From contig JAXDQS010000004.1 of NCBI GenBank assembly GCA_034667725.1, forward strand, positions 1 through 64,000: a stretch of DNA of 64,000 nt. The letters are read 5' to 3'. The notes beneath the pieces were generated by a model. The model did no database searches. It saw only the letters and a program-made list of their open reading frames with translations, and was not told the origin of the DNA. This document shows positions 57,053-64,000 of this stretch, piece by piece; position 1 is the stretch's first letter, and each line of letters begins with the position of its first letter. The stretch is from Thermoplasmata archaeon (GTDB lineage: Archaea; Thermoplasmatota; E2; JACPAO01; JAHFTW01). The position numbers and the translations under genes were made by a program.

Positions 57053-58009
57053 TCAGGTGGACTTCAGCACGCCGAGCGTCGGCTCGTAGACCAAGCCCTT
57101 GTCCATGAGGCGGTTGAGCGCCTCCTCGACCGACTCGGGCGTGATGCCGCCGGTGGACGCCGCGGCCAGGATGTCGTCCCAGCGCGCGCCCTTCTGCCCT
57201 TCGAGCTTCTGGACCGACGCGAACACCGCGTTGTCCAGCGCCTCCTCGGCGGCCCCCTTCTGGGGGTCCGCCTTCGGGGCGGGCGTGGGCGGCTTCCAGG
57301 CGGGCGTCGGCTCGGGCTCGGCGTCGTCCATGCGCGGCGGCGCCTGCTCGGCGCGGGCCTCGACGCGGTGGACGGGCACGGAGCCGCCGCGCAGGTGCTC
57401 CAGCGCGGTGCGGACGGCGATGCCGTAGCGGCCGTCGTCGGCCAGGCCGTAGTGCTGCTGCGCGAGCGCCGCGCCCTCGGCAAGCGGGCGCGGGATGCCC
57501 TGCGCCGCAAGCGCGTCGGGGGTCGCGCCGCCGCGGGCCGCCTTGAACGCCTGCAGGCGCTCCTGGGTGCGGCGGGCGGTGTCGAGGATCCACTGGTCGC
57601 GGGTCTGCTCGTCGACGACGGCGATGGTCTCGGGGCGGATCGACACGAACACCGAGCCGGGCTCGGGCTCGTAGGTGCGCGCCTTGCCGGTGATGGCGAC
57701 GAACTGCGGCGGCTGGAGCTGCGAGATGGCCTGCGCCGCCTCGGGCTGGTAGTTGCCGGCGTACACGGTGAAGACGCCGGTGGGGTCGCTGACGCGGGCA
57801 CGCCAGACCTCGCCGGACTCGCCGACGGGCTCGACGTCGGTGCAGACGCCGACGACGTGGATGCGGTTCACCTTGGCGCCGAGCGGGGTCACGAGGAAGC
57901 TCGGGTCCTTCTCGCCGGCGCCGGGGATCTGGACGCGGCTGGCGTTGAACTCCTGGGCGAAGGCGCGGTGGGCGACCTCGCGCTGGATGCGGCGGGGGGC
58001 TTCGTCCAT
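57053..58009 (-). CDS. RPA-associated OB-fold protein with a C-terminal winged helix
   Basis: REVAHRAFAQEF, TPLGAKVNR, DPTG.F.VYAG.YQP, GLVYEP. Confidence 0.85.
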   Translation of the reverse strand: MDEAPRRIQREVAHRAFAQEFNASRVQIPGAGEKDPSFLVTPLGAKVNRIHVVGVCTDVEPVGESGEVWRARVSDPTGVFTVYAGNYQPEAAQAISQLQPPQFVAITGKARTYEPEPGSVFVSIRPETIAVVDEQTRDQWILDTARRTQERLQAFKAARGGATPDALAAQGIPRPLAEGAALAQQHYGLADDGRYGIAVRTALEHLRGGSVPVHRVEARAEQAPPRMDDAEPEPTPAWKPPTPAPKADPQKGAAEEALDNAVFASVQKLEGQKGARWDDILAAASTGGITPESVEEALNRLMDKGLVYEPTLGVLKST

Positions 58010-59328
58010 CAGGCCACCTCCAGCAGGGCGGCGGCCGCGGCCTTGGCGTCCTCGGCGTGGCGGGCCATCGACTGGACGATGTAGGTGACGCCGTACTCGT
58101 CGCTCAGGGCGTTGCCGCGCACCGCGAACACGCGGCCGGTGAGCTTGGCCTTGAGCACCTCGAAGGCGAGGTCAGGGCGCAGCGTCTCCTTCTGGACCTC
58201 CTCCAGCGTCTTGCCCAAGAGCTGCTCGGTGACGGCGCGGCCGGCCACCAGGTTGACGGCGCCGGTGCCGTCGTCCAGGATGGCCTTGAGGCGGACGTCG
58301 GGGACGCCCGCGACCTGGTTGTGGATGCGGCACATGCCGGCGGCCAGGACGCGGGTGCAGCCGGCGGTGGAGCAGCGCTGGACGAGGCCGGAGCCGGGCC
58401 GGACCTCCAGGAGCGTGCCGACGACGTGCAGGTCGGAGCCGCCGTTGCGGGCCAGGACCTCGCGGATCGGCAGGGTGGGGCGCTTGGCCAGGAGCTCGGC
58501 CGGCGGCACCTCGGTGGCGGCGGGGCTGATGCGGGCGTCCGTGTCGAAGTTGAGCTGGGCGACCCCGCGGTAGGCGCGGATGTAGCCGCCCTCGATGGTG
58601 ACGGCCTGGCCGGCAGCAAGGCCCGGGTCGGCCCAGGCGGTGAACTCGATGCGGCCGGAGGCGTCGGCGAGGGCGCCGCTCCAGACCGTCTTCTGGGTGC
58701 CTTGGACGGTGAGCTGGCGCGGCTGGATGTCGAGGATGCGGGCGGTGACGCGGATGCCGCGGACGCCGTCCTTCAGGTCGGCGATGGGCATGTCGCGGAA
58801 CGTGACCGGCGTCTGGGGGAGGTCGGCCTCGTCGAGCTTGGCGACCTTGGTGCGGTCGCCGAAGTTGACCTGGACCTGGCCGTTGAACGCCTTGGTGTAG
58901 GCGCCCTCGACCTGGAGCACGTCGCCCTTCTGGAGGCCTTCGAGCGGGCGCCAGGAGGTGTAGGGGGCGGTGCCGGTCTCGTCGCCCAGGAGGCCCCAGA
59001 CGATGTCCTTGGTCTCGCCGCGGGCGGTGACCGCCTTGGTGCTGACCGACAGGAGGCGGACCTTCAGGTTCACGAAGGGGCTGGCGGGCGGCAGGCTGGC
59101 AAGCGGGACGCGCTCCTGCGACACGGGGGCGGCGGCGCGGGCGGCGGCGGGCTGGACGCCGTGGTGCCGCTCGATGGTGCGGACGGCCTGGTCGATCGGG
59201 ACGCCGTACTCCAGGTACTTGGCCAGCTCGTCGCGCAGGTCCTGCTCGTCCACCTCGGCGCCGAGCTTCGTTCCGAGGGTCTTCTTGAGCGCCGCCAAGT
59301 AGGGCGCCAGGTCTGGGGTGGTTTGCAT
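58009..59328 (-). CDS. Replication protein A (multi-OB fold, Zn finger)
   Basis: GDETG, ADASGRIEFTAW, SGLVQRC...C.RVL...C..H, LDDGTG. Confidence 0.9.
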   Translation of the reverse strand: MQTTPDLAPYLAALKKTLGTKLGAEVDEQDLRDELAKYLEYGVPIDQAVRTIERHHGVQPAAARAAAPVSQERVPLASLPPASPFVNLKVRLLSVSTKAVTARGETKDIVWGLLGDETGTAPYTSWRPLEGLQKGDVLQVEGAYTKAFNGQVQVNFGDRTKVAKLDEADLPQTPVTFRDMPIADLKDGVRGIRVTARILDIQPRQLTVQGTQKTVWSGALADASGRIEFTAWADPGLAAGQAVTIEGGYIRAYRGVAQLNFDTDARISPAATEVPPAELLAKRPTLPIREVLARNGGSDLHVVGTLLEVRPGSGLVQRCSTAGCTRVLAAGMCRIHNQVAGVPDVRLKAILDDGTGAVNLVAGRAVTEQLLGKTLEEVQKETLRPDLAFEVLKAKLTGRVFAVRGNALSDEYGVTYIVQSMARHAEDAKAAAAALLEVA

Positions 59329-59499
59329 GGTTCTGCCTCAAAGCGGCCGGTGGTTGGCGTGGCCGCGGTCGGTGGATGCGAAGGCCTGGCTTGGTTGGCG
59401 GCGTCCAAGCCTGCGCGTGTCCAATTCACTCCATGGGGTCTTCCGGTATGAAGCCCCCGCTGGCAGGGCGAGTGAAACCGTTGGAGCCGGTGGAGCGGC

Positions 59500-60009
59500 C
59501 TAGCGGCTGCGCCGCAGGGCAAGGGCCGCGACGGCCAGGCCCGCCACCAGGAGGGGCAGGGCCACGCCGGGGGCCCGGCCCTTCGACGACGAGGACAAGG
59601 TGTCGTCGTCCAGGCCGGCCTCGTGGTCGACCGTGTCGCCTTGCAGCACGCGGAACACCATCGTGTCGCCCGAGGGGCTGTCGCGCACCAGGTGGTCGCC
59701 GACGTGCGCGGCCATGAGCTGGAACGGCTGCGAGGCCTTGTCCTCGCCGGAGGCGACGGTGATGCTCACCCCGAAGTCGGCCAGCGTCACGGTGTGCGAG
59801 CGCTCGTCGAGCGGGTTGGAGACCGAGACCACGTACCAGTCGCCGACGGTGGCGTTGACGTCGCGCCCGTCCACGAAGCCCGCCTCGTCCACGAAGGCCG
59901 GGATGGAGCACGGGTGGGCGGACTCGCAGCCGTCGTCCTGGGCGGCGGCGGGCAGGGCAAGCACGGCGAAGACGAAAACCGAAGCGAGGACGGGAAGCTG
60001 GACGCGCAT
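59500..60009 (-). CDS. Secreted protein with a C-terminal APG-TM-RR anchor
   Basis: Signal peptide; APGVALPLLVAGLAVAALALRRSR. Confidence 0.65.
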   Translation of the reverse strand: MRVQLPVLASVFVFAVLALPAAAQDDGCESAHPCSIPAFVDEAGFVDGRDVNATVGDWYVVSVSNPLDERSHTVTLADFGVSITVASGEDKASQPFQLMAAHVGDHLVRDSPSGDTMVFRVLQGDTVDHEAGLDDDTLSSSSKGRAPGVALPLLVAGLAVAALALRRSR

Positions 60010-60052
60010 GGGGTCACCGGGAACCAGGGGAGGAAGGGAAAGAGGTCACGGT

Positions 60053-60838
60053 CTAGCGCGGCGGGCGCCCGCCCGACGGCCGGCCTGTCTCGGAGGGACG
60101 GCCGCCGTGGTCGGGGCGGCCCTCGGGGTGGTCCGGCGCGGGGCGCACCGGCTCCTCCGCGTAGTGCGCCTCGATGCGGGCAACATGGGCCGTCATCTCG
60201 TCGAGATGGGCCAGGATGCGGGCCTCGAGCGACTCCAGCCGGTCGAGCTGGGCCTCCAGGCGAGCCAGGCGCTCGGCGCTGGTGCCGTTGGCCTCCATCT
60301 GGGCCGTGAGGTCCGCGACGCGGGCGTCGATGCGCTCCAGCAGCATGACCATGCTCTCCATCATGCGGACCTCGGCGTGGACGCGGCGGGCCGCGCGCAT
60401 GTCGGGCGCGTGCGGGTCGCCGGGCCCGTGGCGGCAGCCCTCGCCCAGCCGGAGGCCGGGGCGGTGGGTACCGTTGCCGGTGCCGTTGGCGGGCGCGGCG
60501 GCCGGGCGGTGCGGGCACGGCGGCGGCGGGCAGGGCATCGGGCGGCCGACGGGGGCGTGGGTCCGGTTGCCGGTGGGGTTGCCGGCCAGCGGGCGGCCGG
60601 GGTGGGGACCGCAGGGCAGCACGCAGGGCCGCACCGGGGGCACGCGGGTCGTCCTGTTGGCCGACCGCGGGGGCGGCGGCGGGCAGTGGTGGGGCGGCGG
60701 GCACGGGCGGGCCGTGGCGTTGTCCGAGGGGGACGGGCAGGCCGGGGACGGCGACGAGGCCTGGGCCCCGATGCTGGGCACAGCCGCGAAGGCGGCGCCG
60801 AGGACCAGGACGAGGGTCAGCACGAGGGTGGTGCGCAT
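60053..60838 (-). CDS. Secreted Pro/Cys/His-rich protein with a C-terminal coiled coil
   Basis: GGAGG SD; signal peptide; CPPP repeats; heptads. Confidence 0.6.
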   Translation of the reverse strand: MRTTLVLTLVLVLGAAFAAVPSIGAQASSPSPACPSPSDNATARPCPPPHHCPPPPPRSANRTTRVPPVRPCVLPCGPHPGRPLAGNPTGNRTHAPVGRPMPCPPPPCPHRPAAAPANGTGNGTHRPGLRLGEGCRHGPGDPHAPDMRAARRVHAEVRMMESMVMLLERIDARVADLTAQMEANGTSAERLARLEAQLDRLESLEARILAHLDEMTAHVARIEAHYAEEPVRPAPDHPEGRPDHGGRPSETGRPSGGRPPR

Positions 60839-60974
60839 GGAATGTCCTCCAGGACAGCACGCCAGGCAGCGCGGCGGTAGATAAAGCGCCCCGCACAAGC
60901 CTCGAACGTTCCCGAACAAAAGCGAAGGAAGGAGGGAGAAGGAGGGAGGAAAAGGATGGAGAGGGAGCCTGCGC

Positions 60975-61529
60975 CTAGGTGGAGGTCGCGGACTCGGTGG
61001 CCGAACTGGACGAGGCGGCGTCGCCGCGGGCCGCGCGGCGCTCCTCGACGTGGTCGCGGACCTCTTCCCACTTCGCCTTGAGCTTCTCCAGCTTCTCCTG
61101 GAGCTTGGCGATGCGCTCCTCGACGTGGGCGGCGCGGTCCTCGAGCTTCTCGATGCGGTCCTGAATCTTCTCGGCGGTCTCGTTGCCGGTGAAGTTGCCG
61201 GCGGCCAGCTTGGCCTCCAGGCGGTCGATGCGCTGCTCGATGCGCTCCAGGAGACGCTCATGGGCCTCGATGGCGCGCACAAGGGCGTGGGCCTCGCGAC
61301 GCGCCTTGATGGCCTTCTTGGCCATCTCGCACCGCTTCTCCAACGTCGTGTTGTCGTCGGCGCCGGCGCACTTCTCGCGCGCCTTCTCGCGGGCCTCCAG
61401 GGCCTTCTCGCGGCGCTCGTCCGCGCGGTCGCCGCCCTTGCCGTCGCCAGGCTTCGCGTTCACGGTGGCCAGGCCGGCCGCGGCAAGCAGGGCGACCGCG
61501 GCGATGGCCAGGATGGGTTTGATGTTCAT
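60975..61529 (-). CDS. Secreted coiled-coil protein
   Basis: GGAGG SD; signal peptide; long E/K/R heptad region. Confidence 0.7.
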   Translation of the reverse strand: MNIKPILAIAAVALLAAAGLATVNAKPGDGKGGDRADERREKALEAREKAREKCAGADDNTTLEKRCEMAKKAIKARREAHALVRAIEAHERLLERIEQRIDRLEAKLAAGNFTGNETAEKIQDRIEKLEDRAAHVEERIAKLQEKLEKLKAKWEEVRDHVEERRAARGDAASSSSATESATST

Positions 61530-61623
61530 GCGGGGTGGTCCTCCAAGGACAGCCCCTGCTGGCCACTCAGAGAATATAAGGCGCGCCGCACAAGCCTTGA
61601 ACGATGACGCCCGAGGGCGGCCT

Positions 61624-62031
61624 TCAGGCCTTCTTCTGGTCCGTCAGGTTGGCGAAGTGGTCGCCGACGGGCTTGCTGCCGGCCTTGGCGACCTTCAGGT
61701 TGACCTGGACGATCTCGTTGGAGACGCGGTTGCCGCGCACCGACTGGCGCTTGCGCTTGCCAGGGTAGTCCGTCGGGTGGTAGCCGATGCCCTCGGTCAG
61801 CAGGAGGCGGCGGCGCACGGTGCCCTCGAAGTCGCCGCGCATGGGGAAGCCGGCCTTGTCGGAGCCGCCGGTGATCTGGAGCTTGTAGCCCGGCAGGTTG
61901 GCGTTGATGCCGTCCACCTGGTCGCCGATCTTCTTGCCGAGGAAGTTCTGGGCGTGGTGGCCGGTCACTTCGAAGTTGAAGGACTTGCCAGTGGCGGGGT
62001 CGTTGATGACGAGCTTGAAGGTCGTGGCCAT
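61624..62031 (-). CDS. rps6e: 30S ribosomal protein eS6
   Basis: FKLVINDP.TGKS, LQITGGSDKAGFPMR, VRGN, QVNLKV. Confidence 0.96.
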   Translation of the reverse strand: MATTFKLVINDPATGKSFNFEVTGHHAQNFLGKKIGDQVDGINANLPGYKLQITGGSDKAGFPMRGDFEGTVRRRLLLTEGIGYHPTDYPGKRKRQSVRGNRVSNEIVQVNLKVAKAGSKPVGDHFANLTDQKKA

Positions 62032-62149
62032 GGGGTTCACCTGTCCCGGGTATCCCGAGGCGTTGCGGCCTCAGTGCACCATGGGGCGTCCGGGACAGGT
62101 TCGCGACAGGGGAGGCGTATAAATCCGTGATGGCGAGGGGCCGGCCACC

Positions 62150-62299
62150 CTACTCCTGGAACGACGTGCACGCGCAGCCCTTGACCTTGCAGGCGCCTTC
62201 GCCCCAGCGGCCACGTCGGCCGGGCCCGATGAAGTGGCCTTCCCGGCCTTGCCCCGTCTTGGGGTGGCCGCAGCCGGGACGCCGGCAATGCTCTGGCAC
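62150..62299 (-). CDS. 49-aa Cys/His-rich (zinc-finger-like) microprotein, absent from the ORF track
   Basis: Translated by hand: MPEHCRRPGCGHPKTGQGREGHFIGPGRRGRWGEGACKVKGCACTSFQE; GTG about 24 nt after TTTTCT. Confidence 0.65.
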   Translation of the reverse strand: MPEHCRRPGCGHPKTGQGREGHFIGPGRRGRWGEGACKVKGCACTSFQE

Positions 62300-62448
62300 C
62301 GGCCTTCGGCTCAACCCCGCCGGCAGAAAAGAGGGGAAAGGGGCCTTTCCTGTGAATCAGGTGCAGGCCGGGCCCCGCCGGCCCCGCCTGGCGATGCCAG
62401 CTTGGCGTGCGGGGGCCGGCGGCGGGCCGGAGGGAGGCCGCGGCGAGG

Positions 62449-63102
62449 CTACCGGGTCACTTCCATGCCGCGAATCTCCTCCATGAGCTCGGGCTTGCGC
62501 TCTTGCGCGCGCAGCGCGAGCTCCTCCAGCCGCGGGATGCCAAGCACGCGCTTGGCCTGCGGGAACATCTCCTTTTCCTCCTCCTCGGCGTGGTGCTCGA
62601 TCTGCTCCTTGAGGACCATGGCTTGGCCGAGGAACTCCTCGGTGGCGACGTCGCCGCCGCGCATCTTCTCGAGGAGATGCTCGACGCTGGCGTGCTCCTC
62701 GCGCGCCTCGTAGAACAGGACGCGGCCCTTCTCGGTGCCGACGGCTTGCTTGAAGGCGGGGTAGAACACCTCCTCCTCCAGCTTGGCGTGCACCATGACC
62801 TCGGTGTAGATCTCCTGGAACAGCTCCTCGCGGCCGTAGCCTTCGGCGTTCTCCAGGCGCTTCAGGAGCTTGCGGACCTTCTCGTGGTCCTGGAACAGCA
62901 TCCCCAGGATGCCGGGGTAGGTGGACGAGCCGGTGCGCTTGATGCCGCGGCCGCCGGTGCGGCCGGCGACCTTGCGGATGCCGGCGGTCTTGCGGCCGGC
63001 GGTGGCGCCGCGGCGGACGGGGGCCTTGCGGCCGATGGTCTTGCGGCCCACGGCCTTGCGGCTGGCGGTGCGGGTGGTCTTGCGGGAGTTGCGTGCAGGC
63101 AT
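62449..63102 (-). CDS. Hemerythrin/HHE cation-binding protein with a basic N-terminal tail
   Basis: DHEKV, HAKLEEEVFYP, EEH, HHAEEEEKEMFP. Confidence 0.88.
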   Translation of the reverse strand: MPARNSRKTTRTASRKAVGRKTIGRKAPVRRGATAGRKTAGIRKVAGRTGGRGIKRTGSSTYPGILGMLFQDHEKVRKLLKRLENAEGYGREELFQEIYTEVMVHAKLEEEVFYPAFKQAVGTEKGRVLFYEAREEHASVEHLLEKMRGGDVATEEFLGQAMVLKEQIEHHAEEEEKEMFPQAKRVLGIPRLEELALRAQERKPELMEEIRGMEVTR

Positions 63103-63166
63103 GGCGGGTGACCCGGGCGCCTACAACGGCGTGGGCGCAAGAACCGCCGCCGTCGCGGCAACCGGG

Positions 63167-64000
63167 CTAGGGGAGGCGGCGGCGCAGCGCGGCCAGGGCC
63201 AGCAGGGCGCCGACGGCGGGGAGCACCAGCACGGCGGGCGCGTCCTTCTCGGTCTCGGCGGCGGGGCGGGTGCGCAGGTCGCCGCGCGGCAGGCCGCTGC
63301 TGCTGGCGTCGTCGAGGGCGTCGAGGACGACCTGGGCCGCGGTGCCGCTGGTCTTGGGCTTGGAGCCCGTGGTGCTGCTGCTGGAGGAGTTGGGCGTGGG
63401 GAACCAGTTGTTGCCGCTGGAGCTGGTGCTGGTGCCCGAGCCGTCCTCGCCGTCGTCGAGGTCCGAGCCCGTCGTGCCGTCCGAGGAGGTGCCGGTGGTG
63501 CCCGCGCCGCTGGAGGTGCTGGACTTGGTCCCGCTGGTGGAGCTGGAGGACGAGCCGGTGGTGGAGGAGCCCGACGTGCTGGAGGCGCTCGTGGTGGTGG
63601 ACGAGGAGCTGGAGGTGGTCGAGCCGGAGGGGGGCAGGTGGAAGGTCAGCACCATGGTGGCGGCGCCGGAGCCGTCCTCGCTGAAGGTGATGCGGTCCTT
63701 GGAGGAGGACACGGTGGCGCCGGGCGGGAAGCCCGCGGTGCCGTCGATGATCCAGCCGGCGGGGGCGCGCAGCACCTGGACGGCGCTGTTGGGCTCGGGG
63801 TCCGCGTTCGGGACGTACAGCTTGTGCTCGGAGGCCGAGGCGGCCGGCGGGAAGGTGAGGGTGCGGGTGAGCGTGAGGTCGATGGGCGAGGTGGCGCCGA
63901 CGAGGCCGGCCAGGCCGGTGAGGACCGTGACCGTCATGGTGCCGCTGGTGGCGCTGACGTTGTCGACGCGGGGCTCGGTGGCGCCGACGCCGCTGCCGTA
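63167..64000 (-). CDS. Surface glycoprotein-like protein with a Ser/Thr-rich linker and C-terminal anchor (5'-truncated)
   Basis: Long S/T/G tract; APAV-TM-RRR tail; frame open to the window edge. Confidence 0.7.
   Translation of the reverse strand, partial: YGSGVGATEPRVDNVSATSGTMTVTVLTGLAGLVGATSPIDLTLTRTLTFPPAASASEHKLYVPNADPEPNSAVQVLRAPAGWIIDGTAGFPPGATVSSSKDRITFSEDGSGAATMVLTFHLPPSGSTTSSSSSTTTSASSTSGSSTTGSSSSSTSGTKSSTSSGAGTTGTSSDGTTGSDLDDGEDGSGTSTSSSGNNWFPTPNSSSSSTTGSKPKTSGTAAQVVLDALDDASSSGLPRGDLRTRPAAETEKDAPAVLVLPAVGALLALAALRRRLP

Overview
High-GC archaeal chromosomal segment. Archaeal markers are rpl1-rplP0-rpl12, rps6e, Pus10, ZPR1, RPA plus an RPA-associated protein, MptA/FolE2 and a tRNA-Leu without encoded CCA. 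The gene repertoire suggests a Thermoplasmatota archaeon (inference). Most genes are housekeeping or envelope genes: the preQ0/archaeosine genes queE, folE2, queD and queC, the agmatine deiminase pathway, a large phosphate locus (pstS-pstS-pstCAB-phoU, DUF47-pit), a Zn/Mn ABC transporter with NikR-like and ArsR regulators, a split transketolase, and many lipoproteins and C-terminally anchored surface proteins. One AT-richer island (about 8.5-10.7 kb) carries a type II restriction-modification (R-M) system (C5 methyltransferase plus an NspI/SphI-like HNH endonuclease) and a small AbrB-like gene behind a perfect palindrome. The most unusual signal is non-coding. Three unrelated genes (an HTH-FHA regulator, a DnaQ exonuclease and tRNA-Leu, the last hit twice) carry 125-196 bp ORF-less inserts. 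Each insert duplicates the gene's 3' end and is packed with c(GNA)g-triloop hairpins on the gene's sense strand, with a GAA hairpin (a GAG variant in the distal tRNA unit) abutting the displaced gene end. These look like a family of minimal, probably ssDNA-structured, gene-restoring integrative elements. Other candidates are an AUC start for rpl1, leaderless GTG starts behind degenerate TATA boxes, PHO-type promoter motifs and an unannotated 49-aa Cys/His microprotein. Several start codons were moved from the ORF track using homology recalled from memory and promoter spacing. No database searches were run.
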